From an uncultured Candidatus Saccharibacteria bacterium (GTDB lineage: Bacteria; Patescibacteriota; Minisyncoccia; UBA6257; Colwellbacteraceae), in NCBI GenBank assembly GCA_964360065.1, contig CAYHTW010000003.1, forward strand, positions 44,853-108,852: DNA of 64,000 bases. The letters run 5' to 3'. Numbering within the stretch: the stretch's first letter is position 1; the number at the start of each line of letters is the position of its first letter. The translations under genes were made by a program, and so were the position numbers. Positions 49,874 through 60,200 of the stretch are shown here, in pieces. The notes beneath the pieces were generated by a model. That model was not told the DNA's origin. It saw only the letters and a program-made list of their open reading frames with translations, and made no database searches.

Positions 49874-51103
49874 TTAAGGTAGGAGGTTTTTCATAAATTG
49901 AACGATATTAGTCCAAAAACCAGGCAAACGTATTGCGCCAGGCTCAAATTCCCTGCCCCAAAGAAGGAGGCCCAGGACAGTGACATATTCAGGAGACTCC
50001 AGGAACGGAGCAACGTCCTTGGAGTGCATTGGAAAATACTCGGGGTGCGGCAAACCTATCTGTGTGGACAGTTTAAGCTCATCCCTAAAAAGTTCTACTA
50101 TACCCGGCAGCTTAGAACCGCCACCGGAGAGCACCACCCCTCCAGGTAATCGCCCCGCTTTACCTACTAATCTTAACTCGTTATTGATAAGTTCGCAAAT
50201 CTCGGTGAGACGCGACTCTATTATTTCAGCTATATATCTTCTTGATGGCGTACCCTTAAGATTCACATCAATCTTTTTTAAGTCTATAGTTTCTCTGGCG
50301 GGAACTTCTTTAGCCACAGCATAGCCATAAGAAATTTTTAGTTTCTCCGCTGCTTCCACCGGGATTTTTAAAGCTACTGCCAGGTCTTTGGTCACGTGTC
50401 CCGCTCCAATCGGCAACATAGTGGTGTGCAATAATTTATTCTCTTCGTAAATTGCTATACCAGTCGTACTGTAACCAACGTCAATCATAACAACTCCTAA
50501 TTCTTTTTGGTTTTTGGTGAGTGCCGCTTGAGCGGATGCCAGTGGATTAAAGATCAATCCAGAAACGCTTCCGCCGGCTAGCTCCACGCATTTCAAAAGA
50601 TTTTTAATCGCCGGGTCAAAAGCGTCAATGATAATACTCACTACTTCCAACCTGGCTCCCACCATACCCAAGGGATCTTTAATGTCGGCCACGCCATCTA
50701 CAATAAATTCTCTGGTAATCGTGTGGAGAATAGTTCTGTTGGATGGCAAATGCACCGCCTCCGAAGCCTGCATGGCCCTAGAAGTGTCATCGCGATGTAT
50801 TTCGGAGCTCGCCCTAGAGACGGCAATGATACCCCTGGAAATCTGAGAATGAATATCAGAACTGCCAAGATTCAAATAAATGTTGTGAATAGCTCCCTTG
50901 GAAAAACTTTTTACTTCCTGTAAGACGGCGTTAATAGAAGAAGCGGCTTCGTCCATATCAACCACTACTCCACGCCTCAAACCATGAGAGGGTCTTTCTA
51001 CACTATAAACGAGGGAAACTTTGTCGCCCTGTTCTTCTTCGGCTACTACAGCCCTGATTGAACTTGATCCGACGTCCAACCCTAAGATCCTATTTTTAGC
51101 CAT
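49874..51103 (-). CDS. ftsA: Cell division protein FtsA
   Basis: GLDVGSS, DVGYSTT, AEKLKI, VVLSGGGS. Confidence 0.96.
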   Translation of the reverse strand: MAKNRILGLDVGSSSIRAVVAEEEQGDKVSLVYSVERPSHGLRRGVVVDMDEAASSINAVLQEVKSFSKGAIHNIYLNLGSSDIHSQISRGIIAVSRASSEIHRDDTSRAMQASEAVHLPSNRTILHTITREFIVDGVADIKDPLGMVGARLEVVSIIIDAFDPAIKNLLKCVELAGGSVSGLIFNPLASAQAALTKNQKELGVVMIDVGYSTTGIAIYEENKLLHTTMLPIGAGHVTKDLAVALKIPVEAAEKLKISYGYAVAKEVPARETIDLKKIDVNLKGTPSRRYIAEIIESRLTEICELINNELRLVGKAGRLPGGVVLSGGGSKLPGIVELFRDELKLSTQIGLPHPEYFPMHSKDVAPFLESPEYVTVLGLLLWGREFEPGAIRLPGFWTNIVQFMKNLLP

Positions 51104-51477
51104 TTTAAAATCTTCTTTTCCATACGTTCCATCTTTATCCTATCATCATAACGCCCATGGTCTAGACCTAACAAGTGGAGGAGCCCGTGTACCAGAAGAT
51201 AATCTATACTCTCGCCTCGTTTTTTGATGAATACGGGATCTAGATAAACCTCGCCTAGTAGCCTCGGCGATCCCGAACTCACCCGAGGAAACCAGGAGGG
51301 ATGTGAAAAAGACAAGACATTAGTAGTCTTGTCTTTGCCAAGATGCCGAAGATTAAGCTTCCTCATTTGTAGGGATTTAACCAGATTAATCTCGGCATAA
51401 GAATCTTTTTTGTGTAGATAGCCCAATACTTCACAAGCCAGAAGTTCAAGCCTCTTTTGTTCCTCACTCTTTCTCAC
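51082..51477 (-). CDS. ybeY: rRNA maturation RNase YbeY
   Basis: TTNVLSF, HGLLHLLGLDH. Confidence 0.92.
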   Translation of the reverse strand: MRKSEEQKRLELLACEVLGYLHKKDSYAEINLVKSLQMRKLNLRHLGKDKTTNVLSFSHPSWFPRVSSGSPRLLGEVYLDPVFIKKRGESIDYLLVHGLLHLLGLDHGRYDDRIKMERMEKKILKWLKIGS

Positions 51478-51924
51478 TTAGGCCTCTAAGTGCTTTTTAA
51501 TAATCTCGCTAACAAGCTTGCCGTCGGCTCTACCACCAATCATCTCCTTCACCGCCTTCATAATTTTACCCAGCTCACGCTCTCCTCCAGACATAGCCTG
51601 GGCAACAATTTTTTCTATTTCTGCTTCAGTGAGTTCTGAAGGAAGATATGACTGAATAACTTTAAGTTCCAACTCTTCTTTCTCTTTGAGGTCACCACGG
51701 CCAGCGCTGCCGTAAATCTCGATTGATTCTCTCCTTTTTTTAACCTCACGGCGCAACACTTCCATTATCTCCTCTTCGGTTAATGGGTCGGATGATTTGG
51801 CTCTTTTTTCTATCTCACGATTTTTAACAGCAGAAACTACCATGCGAAGCGTACCAACTTTAAAAGAATCACCCCCCTTCATGGCTTCTTTTATTTGAGA
51901 ACTTAGTTTCTCGAGGAGGTCCAT
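51478..51924 (-). CDS. GatB/YqeY domain protein
   Basis: KEAMK, KKRRESIEIY, YLPSEL, GRADG. Confidence 0.9.
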   Translation of the reverse strand: MDLLEKLSSQIKEAMKGGDSFKVGTLRMVVSAVKNREIEKRAKSSDPLTEEEIMEVLRREVKKRRESIEIYGSAGRGDLKEKEELELKVIQSYLPSELTEAEIEKIVAQAMSGGERELGKIMKAVKEMIGGRADGKLVSEIIKKHLEA

Positions 51925-51925
51925 A

Positions 51926-52144
51926 TTACAAGAGGCCCAATTTCCTATCGCTTAATACCTTGGCTGTTTTCTCGGACTTATACATAGCGGAAATATGACG
52001 CTTGTTTTTAGTTACTCTGCGGTGGGAGAAGCGCCTCTTTCTCGCTTCACGCAAAACTCCGCTTTGCTGGATTCTCTTAGTAAAGCGGTGGATAAGCGAG
52101 CTGGGAGCTTCTCCGTCTCTTTTTTTTACGGCTATGCCTGACAT
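51926..52144 (-). CDS. rpsU: 30S ribosomal protein S21
   Basis: VKKRDGE, LIHRFTKRIQQSGVLREARKRRF. Confidence 0.85.
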   Translation of the reverse strand: MSGIAVKKRDGEAPSSLIHRFTKRIQQSGVLREARKRRFSHRRVTKNKRHISAMYKSEKTAKVLSDRKLGLL

Positions 52145-52557
52145 TAAATAAACTTTATTATTTTTTCTTTTATAGCGGAGACCGATTCCGAAGACTGGTT
52201 TTTCACCACCGAATGTATGGATCCTCCTCCATCCCCCTCAAATCTGGGGATAAGGTGGATATGGAGATGGTCTATCGCTTGTCCGCTTACTTTACCGTGG
52301 TTTATGCCTATTGTAAAGCCATGAGGCTTGATGGCTAAATTAAGAGCTGCGGTTACTTTTCTGACTCCTAAAAATAGCGGGCCCACGACCATCTCCGGCA
52401 AATCCAGAATGTTTTCGGCATGAACCTTGGGCACTACGATCGTGTGCCCAGGAGCTAATGGATGAATATCTAAGAATGCAAAAGCAGCCTTGTCTTCGTA
52501 GATTTTTTCCGAGGGTATCTCTCCTTTTACTATTTTACAGAATAAACAATCTGCCAT
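52144..52557 (-). CDS. HIT family protein
   Basis: CLFCKI, HLHIH triad. Confidence 0.94.
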   Translation of the reverse strand: MADCLFCKIVKGEIPSEKIYEDKAAFAFLDIHPLAPGHTIVVPKVHAENILDLPEMVVGPLFLGVRKVTAALNLAIKPHGFTIGINHGKVSGQAIDHLHIHLIPRFEGDGGGSIHSVVKNQSSESVSAIKEKIIKFI

Positions 52558-52562
52558 AATTT

Positions 52563-52701
52563 TATAAATTTTGAGCGAAGCGATTAAATTTATCTAAAAT
52601 GATGAGCACCGAGCACTCAGTACTATTTGTCGTATTATACTTGAATTTTTGCATTGATTAAATTTTGTCACAATTATTAATAGAAAATGTTGAGTGCTCG
52701 G
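52563..52701. repeat. Long-hairpin intergenic element, copy B (hisS-HIT)
   Basis: TGAGCACCGAGCACTCAGTAC 52603-52623 and TGTTGAGTGCTCGG 52688-52701. Confidence 0.8.
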
Positions 52702-52749
52702 CTGAAGTTTGATAGATACATTTTGTCGTCCATAACTCCAAAATGTATA

Positions 52750-54057
52750 TCAAGCCTTCAGCCTTCTCTTAACTTCTTCAATAATCTTGCTTATAGGAAT
52801 GGATTCCTGCACTCCTGTTGCCATATCTCTTAATATAATATTCCCATCATAGGCTTCTTTTTGTCCCAATATAAGAGCAAAAGGCGCATTCACTTTAGCA
52901 GCGCGTTCTAACTGAGCCGAAAGCGAATCCTTACCCAAAGCCTCAGAAATAGGCACGTTGGCTTTTCTAAATTCCTCAACCAGCAAGAGCGCTCTCTTTT
53001 TAGTCATTTCTCCAACATGCACCAAAAATATTTTAGATTTCACTTTATTAACTTGGTCCTTTGAGTCGGCTCTTAGCATTTCTACAATACGCTCCAACCC
53101 AGCAGCAACTCCGGTAGCCGGAGTGGGCCTGCCTCCCAACATTTCAGACAAATAATCATATCTACCTCCAGAGGCGATAGCTAAGTCGCTTCCTTCACGA
53201 AAGATTTCAAAAACAGTTCTGTTATAGTAATCCAACCCTCTTACAAGATACGGATTTAAAGTGTATGGGATGCTGACTTCGTCCAGATATTCTAAGGCTT
53301 CCTTAAAGTGTTTCTTACAAGCCACACACAAGCTATCTAAGATAGACGGCGCCCCGAGTTTAACTGGCTGGCAGGCATCGTTTTTACAATCCAGCAGACG
53401 AAGTGGATTTTTCTCCAATCTCCCATCGCATTCCTTGCAAATGTCCTGCTTCTTATAGTATTCAATAAGCTTTTTCTTATAGTTAGGCCGGCAGACTCGG
53501 CAACCAATGCTATTAATCTGCACCATTAGATTTTTAGCTTTTAGCTCTTCTAAATATCGGTAAGCCAGTATTATAACTTGCGCATCGTAGATAGGATCCC
53601 CCTCTCCGCCTAATATTTCAAAGCCTAATTGATTAAATTGCCTATATCTGCCAGCTTGAGGTTTTTCGTGTCTAAAAACCGGGCCTAGGTAATACAACTT
53701 CAAAGGCTGGGGCAGGCGATGCAACCCGTTTTCTATGTAACTTCTTACAACAGGCGCAGTGAACTCCGGCCGCAACGCCAACCTGTCTCCTCCCTTGGTG
53801 CGTAAAACAAACATCTCCTTTTCTACAATGTCAGTCGCTTCTCCAACCCCGCGAACAAAAAGGTCCACGTTTTCTAAAATAGGGGTTTCAATACGGGCAA
53901 AATTATAAAAATCAGCCACATCTTTCGCGGCCCTGTAGACCTTGTCCCATAATGGCCGGTCAGCAGGAAGTATGTCGTGCATCCCTTTAGGCGATTGGAA
54001 AGTCAATATTTTTGCTTCCTTCACCTTCTTAACCGGTTCTTTCTGATTGATGGACAT
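52750..54057 (-). CDS. hisS: Histidine--tRNA ligase
   Basis: PKGMHD, LRPEFT, GRYRQF, RGLDYY, GGRYD. Confidence 0.97.
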   Translation of the reverse strand: MSINQKEPVKKVKEAKILTFQSPKGMHDILPADRPLWDKVYRAAKDVADFYNFARIETPILENVDLFVRGVGEATDIVEKEMFVLRTKGGDRLALRPEFTAPVVRSYIENGLHRLPQPLKLYYLGPVFRHEKPQAGRYRQFNQLGFEILGGEGDPIYDAQVIILAYRYLEELKAKNLMVQINSIGCRVCRPNYKKKLIEYYKKQDICKECDGRLEKNPLRLLDCKNDACQPVKLGAPSILDSLCVACKKHFKEALEYLDEVSIPYTLNPYLVRGLDYYNRTVFEIFREGSDLAIASGGRYDYLSEMLGGRPTPATGVAAGLERIVEMLRADSKDQVNKVKSKIFLVHVGEMTKKRALLLVEEFRKANVPISEALGKDSLSAQLERAAKVNAPFALILGQKEAYDGNIILRDMATGVQESIPISKIIEEVKRRLKA

Positions 54058-54059
54058 TA

Positions 54060-54602
54060 TTAAGAAGATAACTTGTAACTCGGTTCTTCAAAAAAAGTCA
54101 GGCTTTTTAAGGGGTAAAATCTCAAGCGAACAATACCGATGATTCCTTTTTCATCCAACAGTCCCCAGCTTCTGGAATCAGAGCTCTGCGTACGATTGTC
54201 TCCCATCACGAAATATTTTCCACTCTGTAAAGTAAAGTTTTTCTGCCCTGCCCCACCGTTTTTAACATTAATGTAGCTTTCGTTAAGCTTCTCTCCGTTT
54301 ATCTCCACGCTATCATTTGTTACCGCCACTTGTTCACCCGGCAAGCCAATGATTCTCTTAATATAGAATTCCGACTCGTTCCTGGGGTTCTTAAAAACAA
54401 TTATTTCCCCTCTTTCCGGCTCGCGTAGCTTATAAGTAATCTCGTCAACCAAGACGTATTGGCGGCTATAAAAAGTCGGCTCCATACTTGGGCCATCGAC
54501 AATAAATGGTAGAACGACTAAAGTTCTGATTAGAAAAAAAGATATTAAAGCAACAGCTAAAACTTCTATGACTTCCCAAAAAGGCAGAAGAAATTGTTTC
54601 AT
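54060..54602 (-). CDS. lepB: Signal peptidase I
   Basis: GPSMEPT, YIKRIIGLPG, GDNR..SSDSR; start set at ATG 54602, 7 nt after TAGAAT. Confidence 0.93.
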   Translation of the reverse strand: MKQFLLPFWEVIEVLAVALISFFLIRTLVVLPFIVDGPSMEPTFYSRQYVLVDEITYKLREPERGEIIVFKNPRNESEFYIKRIIGLPGEQVAVTNDSVEINGEKLNESYINVKNGGAGQKNFTLQSGKYFVMGDNRTQSSDSRSWGLLDEKGIIGIVRLRFYPLKSLTFFEEPSYKLSS

Positions 54603-54667
54603 TCGCTGCATTCTAATACAATAAATAGGTGCCTGCAAGCCAGGTAGTAAAAGTTTAATCATATAAA

Positions 54668-55234
54668 ATGATGAATTATAAATATAAGCTTTTGATAGGA
54701 CTGGGTAATCCAGGCCCCGATTATGCGTTAACTTACCATAACGCTGGGTCATTTTTTATAGATCTTCTTTCAAGTGGCAAGAAATTCAAAAAAACGGATG
54801 GTTTTGTTTACTCTAAAATCGGTGATGTAGTTTTAATAAAACCGTTGTCCTTCATGAACGAGTCTGGTGCTTCGGTTAAACTGGCTATAAAATACTTTAA
54901 AACTACTCTCTCCGAGACTCTCATTATCCACGACGATTCGGATCTTAGTATGGGTGAGTATAAATTCGCCACTAACCGAGGCTCGGCAGGTCACAATGGC
55001 ATCAAGTCTATTATGGAAGTCTGTAAGACCAGTGACATTAACCGCCTTCGTTTGGGAATCAGGCACAATACTCAAGAGGGCCGATTAAAAGCCGGTCTGC
55101 CTCGCCGCCCGCTTCGCCAAATCGAGGTAAGAGCCAAGGCGGGGGATTTTGTCCTGACGCCTATGGGTAAAAAAGATATAGCTGCCCTGCAAGGCATCGC
55201 CAGTAACCTTAAAAGAGATCTGCTGGGTTCTTAA
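54668..55234 (+). CDS. pth: Peptidyl-tRNA hydrolase
   Basis: GLGNPG, HNAG, FMNESG, HDD, GHNG, RLRLGI. Confidence 0.94.
   Translation: MMNYKYKLLIGLGNPGPDYALTYHNAGSFFIDLLSSGKKFKKTDGFVYSKIGDVVLIKPLSFMNESGASVKLAIKYFKTTLSETLIIHDDSDLSMGEYKFATNRGSAGHNGIKSIMEVCKTSDINRLRLGIRHNTQEGRLKAGLPRRPLRQIEVRAKAGDFVLTPMGKKDIAALQGIASNLKRDLLGS
55096..55143. repeat. 48-nt GC-rich hairpin in frame in pth (LPRRPLRQIEVRAKAG)
   Basis: TCTGCCTCG...CAAGGCGGG arms; KAG appears on both sides of the insert. Confidence 0.55.
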
Positions 55235-55250
55235 GACCTACCGTGACGCT

Positions 55251-56762
55251 TTACTCTGGGAAATTCATGTCTCTCACCAAGAAAGTAGCCTGGAAAGACA
55301 CCTTGCCATCCGATTTCATAACTATGCCGGAAAAAGGCACGCTGACATTGGCAAATTGGCTCTGAGAGTCAAGTCTCTTTTTAAAATCCAGCACGGAATT
55401 CTGATCTGGAGCAGTGCCAAAAATCAAAATTGGGGAAGAAAGCGATTGAATGGTTAATTTATCAAAAGAAATATTGTCTCCTGCCAATTGGCCTAAATAA
55501 TTAAGGAATGGGGTAATTCTTACATCCGACTCTTGGGCGGATTTTACTAAATCAACTACCTTATTAAAAGCTGTCGCTTGAACCCGTAAAGCCGCAAGCT
55601 CCGGAGTTGCCACCTCGGTATTCCCACCCTGAATAACTGTGGTAGCTAGTTTATCGGCTAATCTAGAGACATAAATGTCGCTTGCGGAAAAAACCAGGAG
55701 AATAAAACTTATCACCGTTATGAAAACTTTCCTCCAAAGATAAGTGAATTCCAAAACTTCCTGTTGCTCAAATATTTTGACAGCTGACTCTCCAGTTAAA
55801 CTGATGTTAGTATCTTCGGCTCTCCTAATAAGTCCCCTTAAGGCAGCGCCGGCCACGGCCGTTACTTCCTCCGAAGGAATGGAACTAACTTTCATATCTG
55901 GGAATTTCTTATTTACAGCTTCGGCGATTTCTGCGCCTAAAGAGGATGTTACTACGATCATATTTTTAAGTTGGTCTCCAGATCGGCCTATATAGAAGTT
56001 CAAAACTTTAGCCACTTCATTGTCTACCGCCGTTTCCATATTTGTGAGCGTAATGCTTCTCTCACCTGCCAGCACCAACTTCCAAGGATAAAAGTAGCTA
56101 AAATAAACGCTATTGTTCTTAGTAACGATGAAATCAAGCCCTTCGACGGTTACGTGCATCACTAAATAAGAGGAAGTCTCGTCAAGCTTCCCCAAGCTAA
56201 CCAGCTGCCGCACTAAGCTTAGTGCCGAAAACTCTACAGCTGCGACGCTAAAATTAGCTTCGTGCAAAGCGATAACTATGTTATCAATGCTCTCTGACGG
56301 CATAAAAGCCCCTAGAAGTTCTATAACTCCGCCAGGACCTCCCGTATCAGCTATTTTCTGCCAGCCGTAATAAGCTCCTTCTATTGGCATTGGAGAAATC
56401 ATACGTAAGTTAAGTTCCGCTGCCTCTGTTAGGTTAGATTCGGCAGCTTTAGAAACATTGAAAGATTGAACGTATACATCATTGCCAGAGAGAGTCAGAA
56501 TAATATTAATAATTTTTTTAGAATCAACAGTGATCTGCGAATGTATTGTTCTTAAAGCCTCTGTAAAGTTAGTTTCTTCCCCACGATGCACCTTGCCGTC
56601 TTCAACTATACCTGGAGGCAACCTTAAGGAAGCTACAGGAGCGCTGCCATAAGATAAATCATAAAAATTAATTACCGAATCGGTTATTTCTAAACCGCCT
56701 ATCTGTGGTGTAGGAAAAATCAAACGGTTAAAATTTCTTAAAGTTTTTTTGAAATCCATCAT
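55251..56762 (-). CDS. PilM-PilN-like fusion (type IV pilus alignment protein)
   Basis: GGLEITD actin-like start, a TM near residues 345-365 and a PilN-like C-terminus; located in the pilus locus. Confidence 0.7.
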   Translation of the reverse strand: MMDFKKTLRNFNRLIFPTPQIGGLEITDSVINFYDLSYGSAPVASLRLPPGIVEDGKVHRGEETNFTEALRTIHSQITVDSKKIINIILTLSGNDVYVQSFNVSKAAESNLTEAAELNLRMISPMPIEGAYYGWQKIADTGGPGGVIELLGAFMPSESIDNIVIALHEANFSVAAVEFSALSLVRQLVSLGKLDETSSYLVMHVTVEGLDFIVTKNNSVYFSYFYPWKLVLAGERSITLTNMETAVDNEVAKVLNFYIGRSGDQLKNMIVVTSSLGAEIAEAVNKKFPDMKVSSIPSEEVTAVAGAALRGLIRRAEDTNISLTGESAVKIFEQQEVLEFTYLWRKVFITVISFILLVFSASDIYVSRLADKLATTVIQGGNTEVATPELAALRVQATAFNKVVDLVKSAQESDVRITPFLNYLGQLAGDNISFDKLTIQSLSSPILIFGTAPDQNSVLDFKKRLDSQSQFANVSVPFSGIVMKSDGKVSFQATFLVRDMNFPE

Positions 56763-56770
56763 AGTAAATT

Positions 56771-57211
56771 TTAAAATGGCTTCTCCTGCATTGAGATTAC
56801 TATAATCTGCCCGCTAAAAGCATCTACTCCCATCACGGCCTCAAACCGCTTTTTTCTTGTACCTGCGTTTCCGATTGAAACAACTTTTAAGGTGCCGTCG
56901 GCATTATCTATAACGCCAACCGTTGCGGAAGCCGTATCAACAGTTAAGGGATAAGTGGTAACTCCATCACAGGTTATACTGAATGCTGTGGCTAAAGCGC
57001 TGCAGTTTTTATAACGTACAATTTTAACAGCAGCGTCTTCCGCTCCGGTTCTGGCCGCCACTAATGCCTGAGCTGCCAGCTTTGAACTTGCCACCGTATT
57101 GCTAACTAAAACTCCGACAATGAGTCCGGAGATAGCCAATTCCATCACGATACCTGATATAAGCAATATTGCCGCTAAGGTTGCCGCTCCTTTTTTTATT
57201 TGTATTGTCAT
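56771..57211 (-). CDS. Minor pilin-like protein (PilX-like)
   Basis: KKG/AATL plus hydrophobic helix; AARTGAEDA. Confidence 0.65.
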   Translation of the reverse strand: MTIQIKKGAATLAAILLISGIVMELAISGLIVGVLVSNTVASSKLAAQALVAARTGAEDAAVKIVRYKNCSALATAFSITCDGVTTYPLTVDTASATVGVIDNADGTLKVVSIGNAGTRKKRFEAVMGVDAFSGQIIVISMQEKPF

Positions 57212-57214
57212 TTC

Positions 57215-60200
57215 TTACGGAGACCAATTAACTATAACATCATCAACTCTAGGTGAAGTAGCAGTATCAACTTTCTGTAGAATTACCTTATATCGGTAAT
57301 ATCTCGTGCCCTTACTGTAGGCACCATTTAACGGGACTGGAGAGTTTGGGCCACTAGTAGTGTAGTAAGTACCGGTTGATCCTCCAGGACCAAGATAAGT
57401 CCAGGCGCCTGTGTTGCAAGTGGGAGCATTAGTCTGACCACCTGGGCAATTGGAGGCGGCAAACTGGAAAGTGACGTAATTGGTACCTCCTGTCCCTAGG
57501 GCTCCTTGCCACATAAGTGAATTGTGATTCACGCCTTTAGTGAAGCCTGTGTCATATGTGCTGGAAATTAACGAACCGGTGGTAAGGACTCCGATTATAA
57601 ACCCGCCGCTAAAAGTTCCGGTCTGGGTATCAGGATTGGTCACCCTAACATCCCAAGCTCCATTAGCCGCTCCTGTGATGGGACAAGTTCCATTAGAAAG
57701 AGTTGTGGAATTAGTAAAGATAAAACCTGTGCAATTGATGGTTGTCTGGCCCGATTTCAAAAGTGATACCGTTGCTCCAGAAATAAAGTTAGTGCCCGAA
57801 ACGGAAATGATAGAAACGGGTGCGTTGTTGATGCCGCTCGTTGGGTTAATCGCAGTAGTGGTAGGAGCCGCTAGAGAAGTAGTAAAACTCCCATCGGCGG
57901 AATAAGACGTACCTATGCTGTTGGTGGCGTAGCCTCGGTAATAGATAAGGGTGCCTGGCGGCATTCCAGATCTGGCCTGAGTGAAAACTCCCGTGGTGGT
58001 GCCTCCTTCAGCAGTACAGTTAGTTGTTGGGGTGGCTGTGGTTGCCCAGCATGTGCCTTTGGCTGTAAGAGTGATGCCTCCATTAGAAGTGACATTAGCA
58101 CCGAGCGTGACGCCTGTAGGGGTAATGGAAGTGGCGGTGGGAGAAGTGACGGTTGGAAGTCCCGTCACACTAAATGTTCCGTTACTTGTGAAAGTATGAA
58201 TAGTATTTGCGCCACTAGTTGTTATCGTGCCGCCAGTAACAGTATAAGCAGAGAAATCTGCGGTTACGTAAGAAATAATAACTATACCAATTACTCCAAC
58301 TTTCCCATTCCCACTTGGGCTAGAACCCATGCCTCCACTTCCTTTTTCAGTACGGTCACCTTGACCACTAGAATAACTACCACCAACGCCGTAAGTTACA
58401 GCAGACCCAGAAATTGAATTTACAATTCCAGGTCCTGGAGTATAACCACTACCATCTCCTCCAGCGCCACCGCCGCCACCTTCCCAGGCGCTATTTGCTG
58501 CCCCGTCTCCTCCTTTACCACCCTGAAAACCAATTCCACCTGCTCCTCCACCTTCCATAGATCCTCCCCCACCAGAACCACCACTACTACCTGCATTACT
58601 TAGGGAACCGTATGCTCCTCCTCCGCCGCCATAGGCAATCGTGGCTGAAAAAACTGAGTTGCCACCATTCCCGCCTTGTCCAGCTCCACCATTAATTCCA
58701 GCGACGCCCGCCGCTCCAACTGTAACAGAATACGCTTGGGTGGTAACTGGAAGGGCAGCATTATATTGATAACCACCCGCACCCCCTCCTCCTCCCCTAT
58801 TGGTGTAACTTGCTCCTCCTCCGCCCCCTCCTCCTACTGAAAATACTTTTACCGCTCCAATAGGAGCTCCCGGCACAATAGAGAAAATCCCGCTTGTCGT
58901 GAAAGTATGAATAGTATTTGCGCCACTAGTTGTTATCGTGCCGCCAGTAACAGTATAAGCAGAGAAATCTGCGGTTACGTAAGAAATAATAGTAACCCCA
59001 GAACCACCAGCCCCTCCTTTATAGTAGCCACCACCACTACCTCGAGTGCCTCCACCTCCTCCACCAAGACCATTTGTTCCAGCATAACCATCGCCTCCAA
59101 GTCTTCCTGCTGCTCCTCCACCATTACCACCCGATCCCTGTCCTGCTCCACCTGCCCCCCCTCCACCACCAGCGTAATATATACTTGATCCACTAATATC
59201 ATTAGAAAAACCAGCGCCACCATTTCCACCGACTCCATTTGGACTAGCGGCATCGGTTCCATTTAAACCAATTGCTCCGGCTCCCCCTCCTCCAGCGCCC
59301 CCTCCCTCTGTGCTTTCTCCTCCGTGGCCTCCGTTATATCCTTGACTTGCAGTTCCTCCGATACCTCCATTATTACTTTCAGCACCACCCCCACCACCAC
59401 CAGACCCTCCGTTTCTTCCATTTGTTCCACTACCACCAACACCTCCACCTCCACCTCCATTTCCGGTTATAGTTGAAAAACTAGATGCAGCACCATCGTT
59501 TCCTTGATTACCTACACTAGAAGCAGTCCCACCAACACCAACAATAACTGTATAATCTTGTGCAATAACAGAAAAAGAAGCATTGTATTGATAACCACCC
59601 GCACCACCCCCACCACCATTACGAGACCAAGAGGTTTGAGATCCCCCACTACCTCCACCTCCTATTACCAATGCTTTTACTTTCATCTTAAGAGTCACTG
59701 TAAAAATCCCGCTTGTCGTGAAAGTATGAATAGTATTTGCGCCGCTGGTCGTTACCGTGCCGCCAGTGATAGTGTATGCAGACCAGTCTGCCGTAACATA
59801 GCTGATGATGACGACTCCTGTGCCGCCAGTGCCTCCTGTATTACTTTTTGAACCGCCGCCGCCACCGCCGGTATTTGGTGTTCCGTTTTGCGGAGTAGCG
59901 GCTACAGATCCATTCCCACCGCCACCAACTCCACCAGTGCCTCCAGAATCATTATTACCACCACCTCCTCCACCACCTGCGTAAGTAACGGAAACGCCTG
60001 AAATTGAATTTGCTGTTCCTGCGCCGCCATTCGCTCCCTCATCATCTCCTGCATTTGCTCCTGCAGCAGAAGCTCCTCCTCCCCCTCCGCCCGCGCCTCC
60101 CGATGTCCCACCGTTATTTCCCTGACCAGATGTTCCTGTACCGTTCGCATAGTTATTACCGCCCCCACCACCGCTACCACCATTAACTCCCACACCCGAA

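Noticed and set aside
51262-51288. CCTCGG...CCGAGG hairpin in ybeY
   Set aside because: Only 6-bp arms, no second copy seen, and the loop is naturally variable.
54603-54752. Long N-terminal extension of lepB
   Set aside because: It overlaps the divergent pth gene and promoter region.
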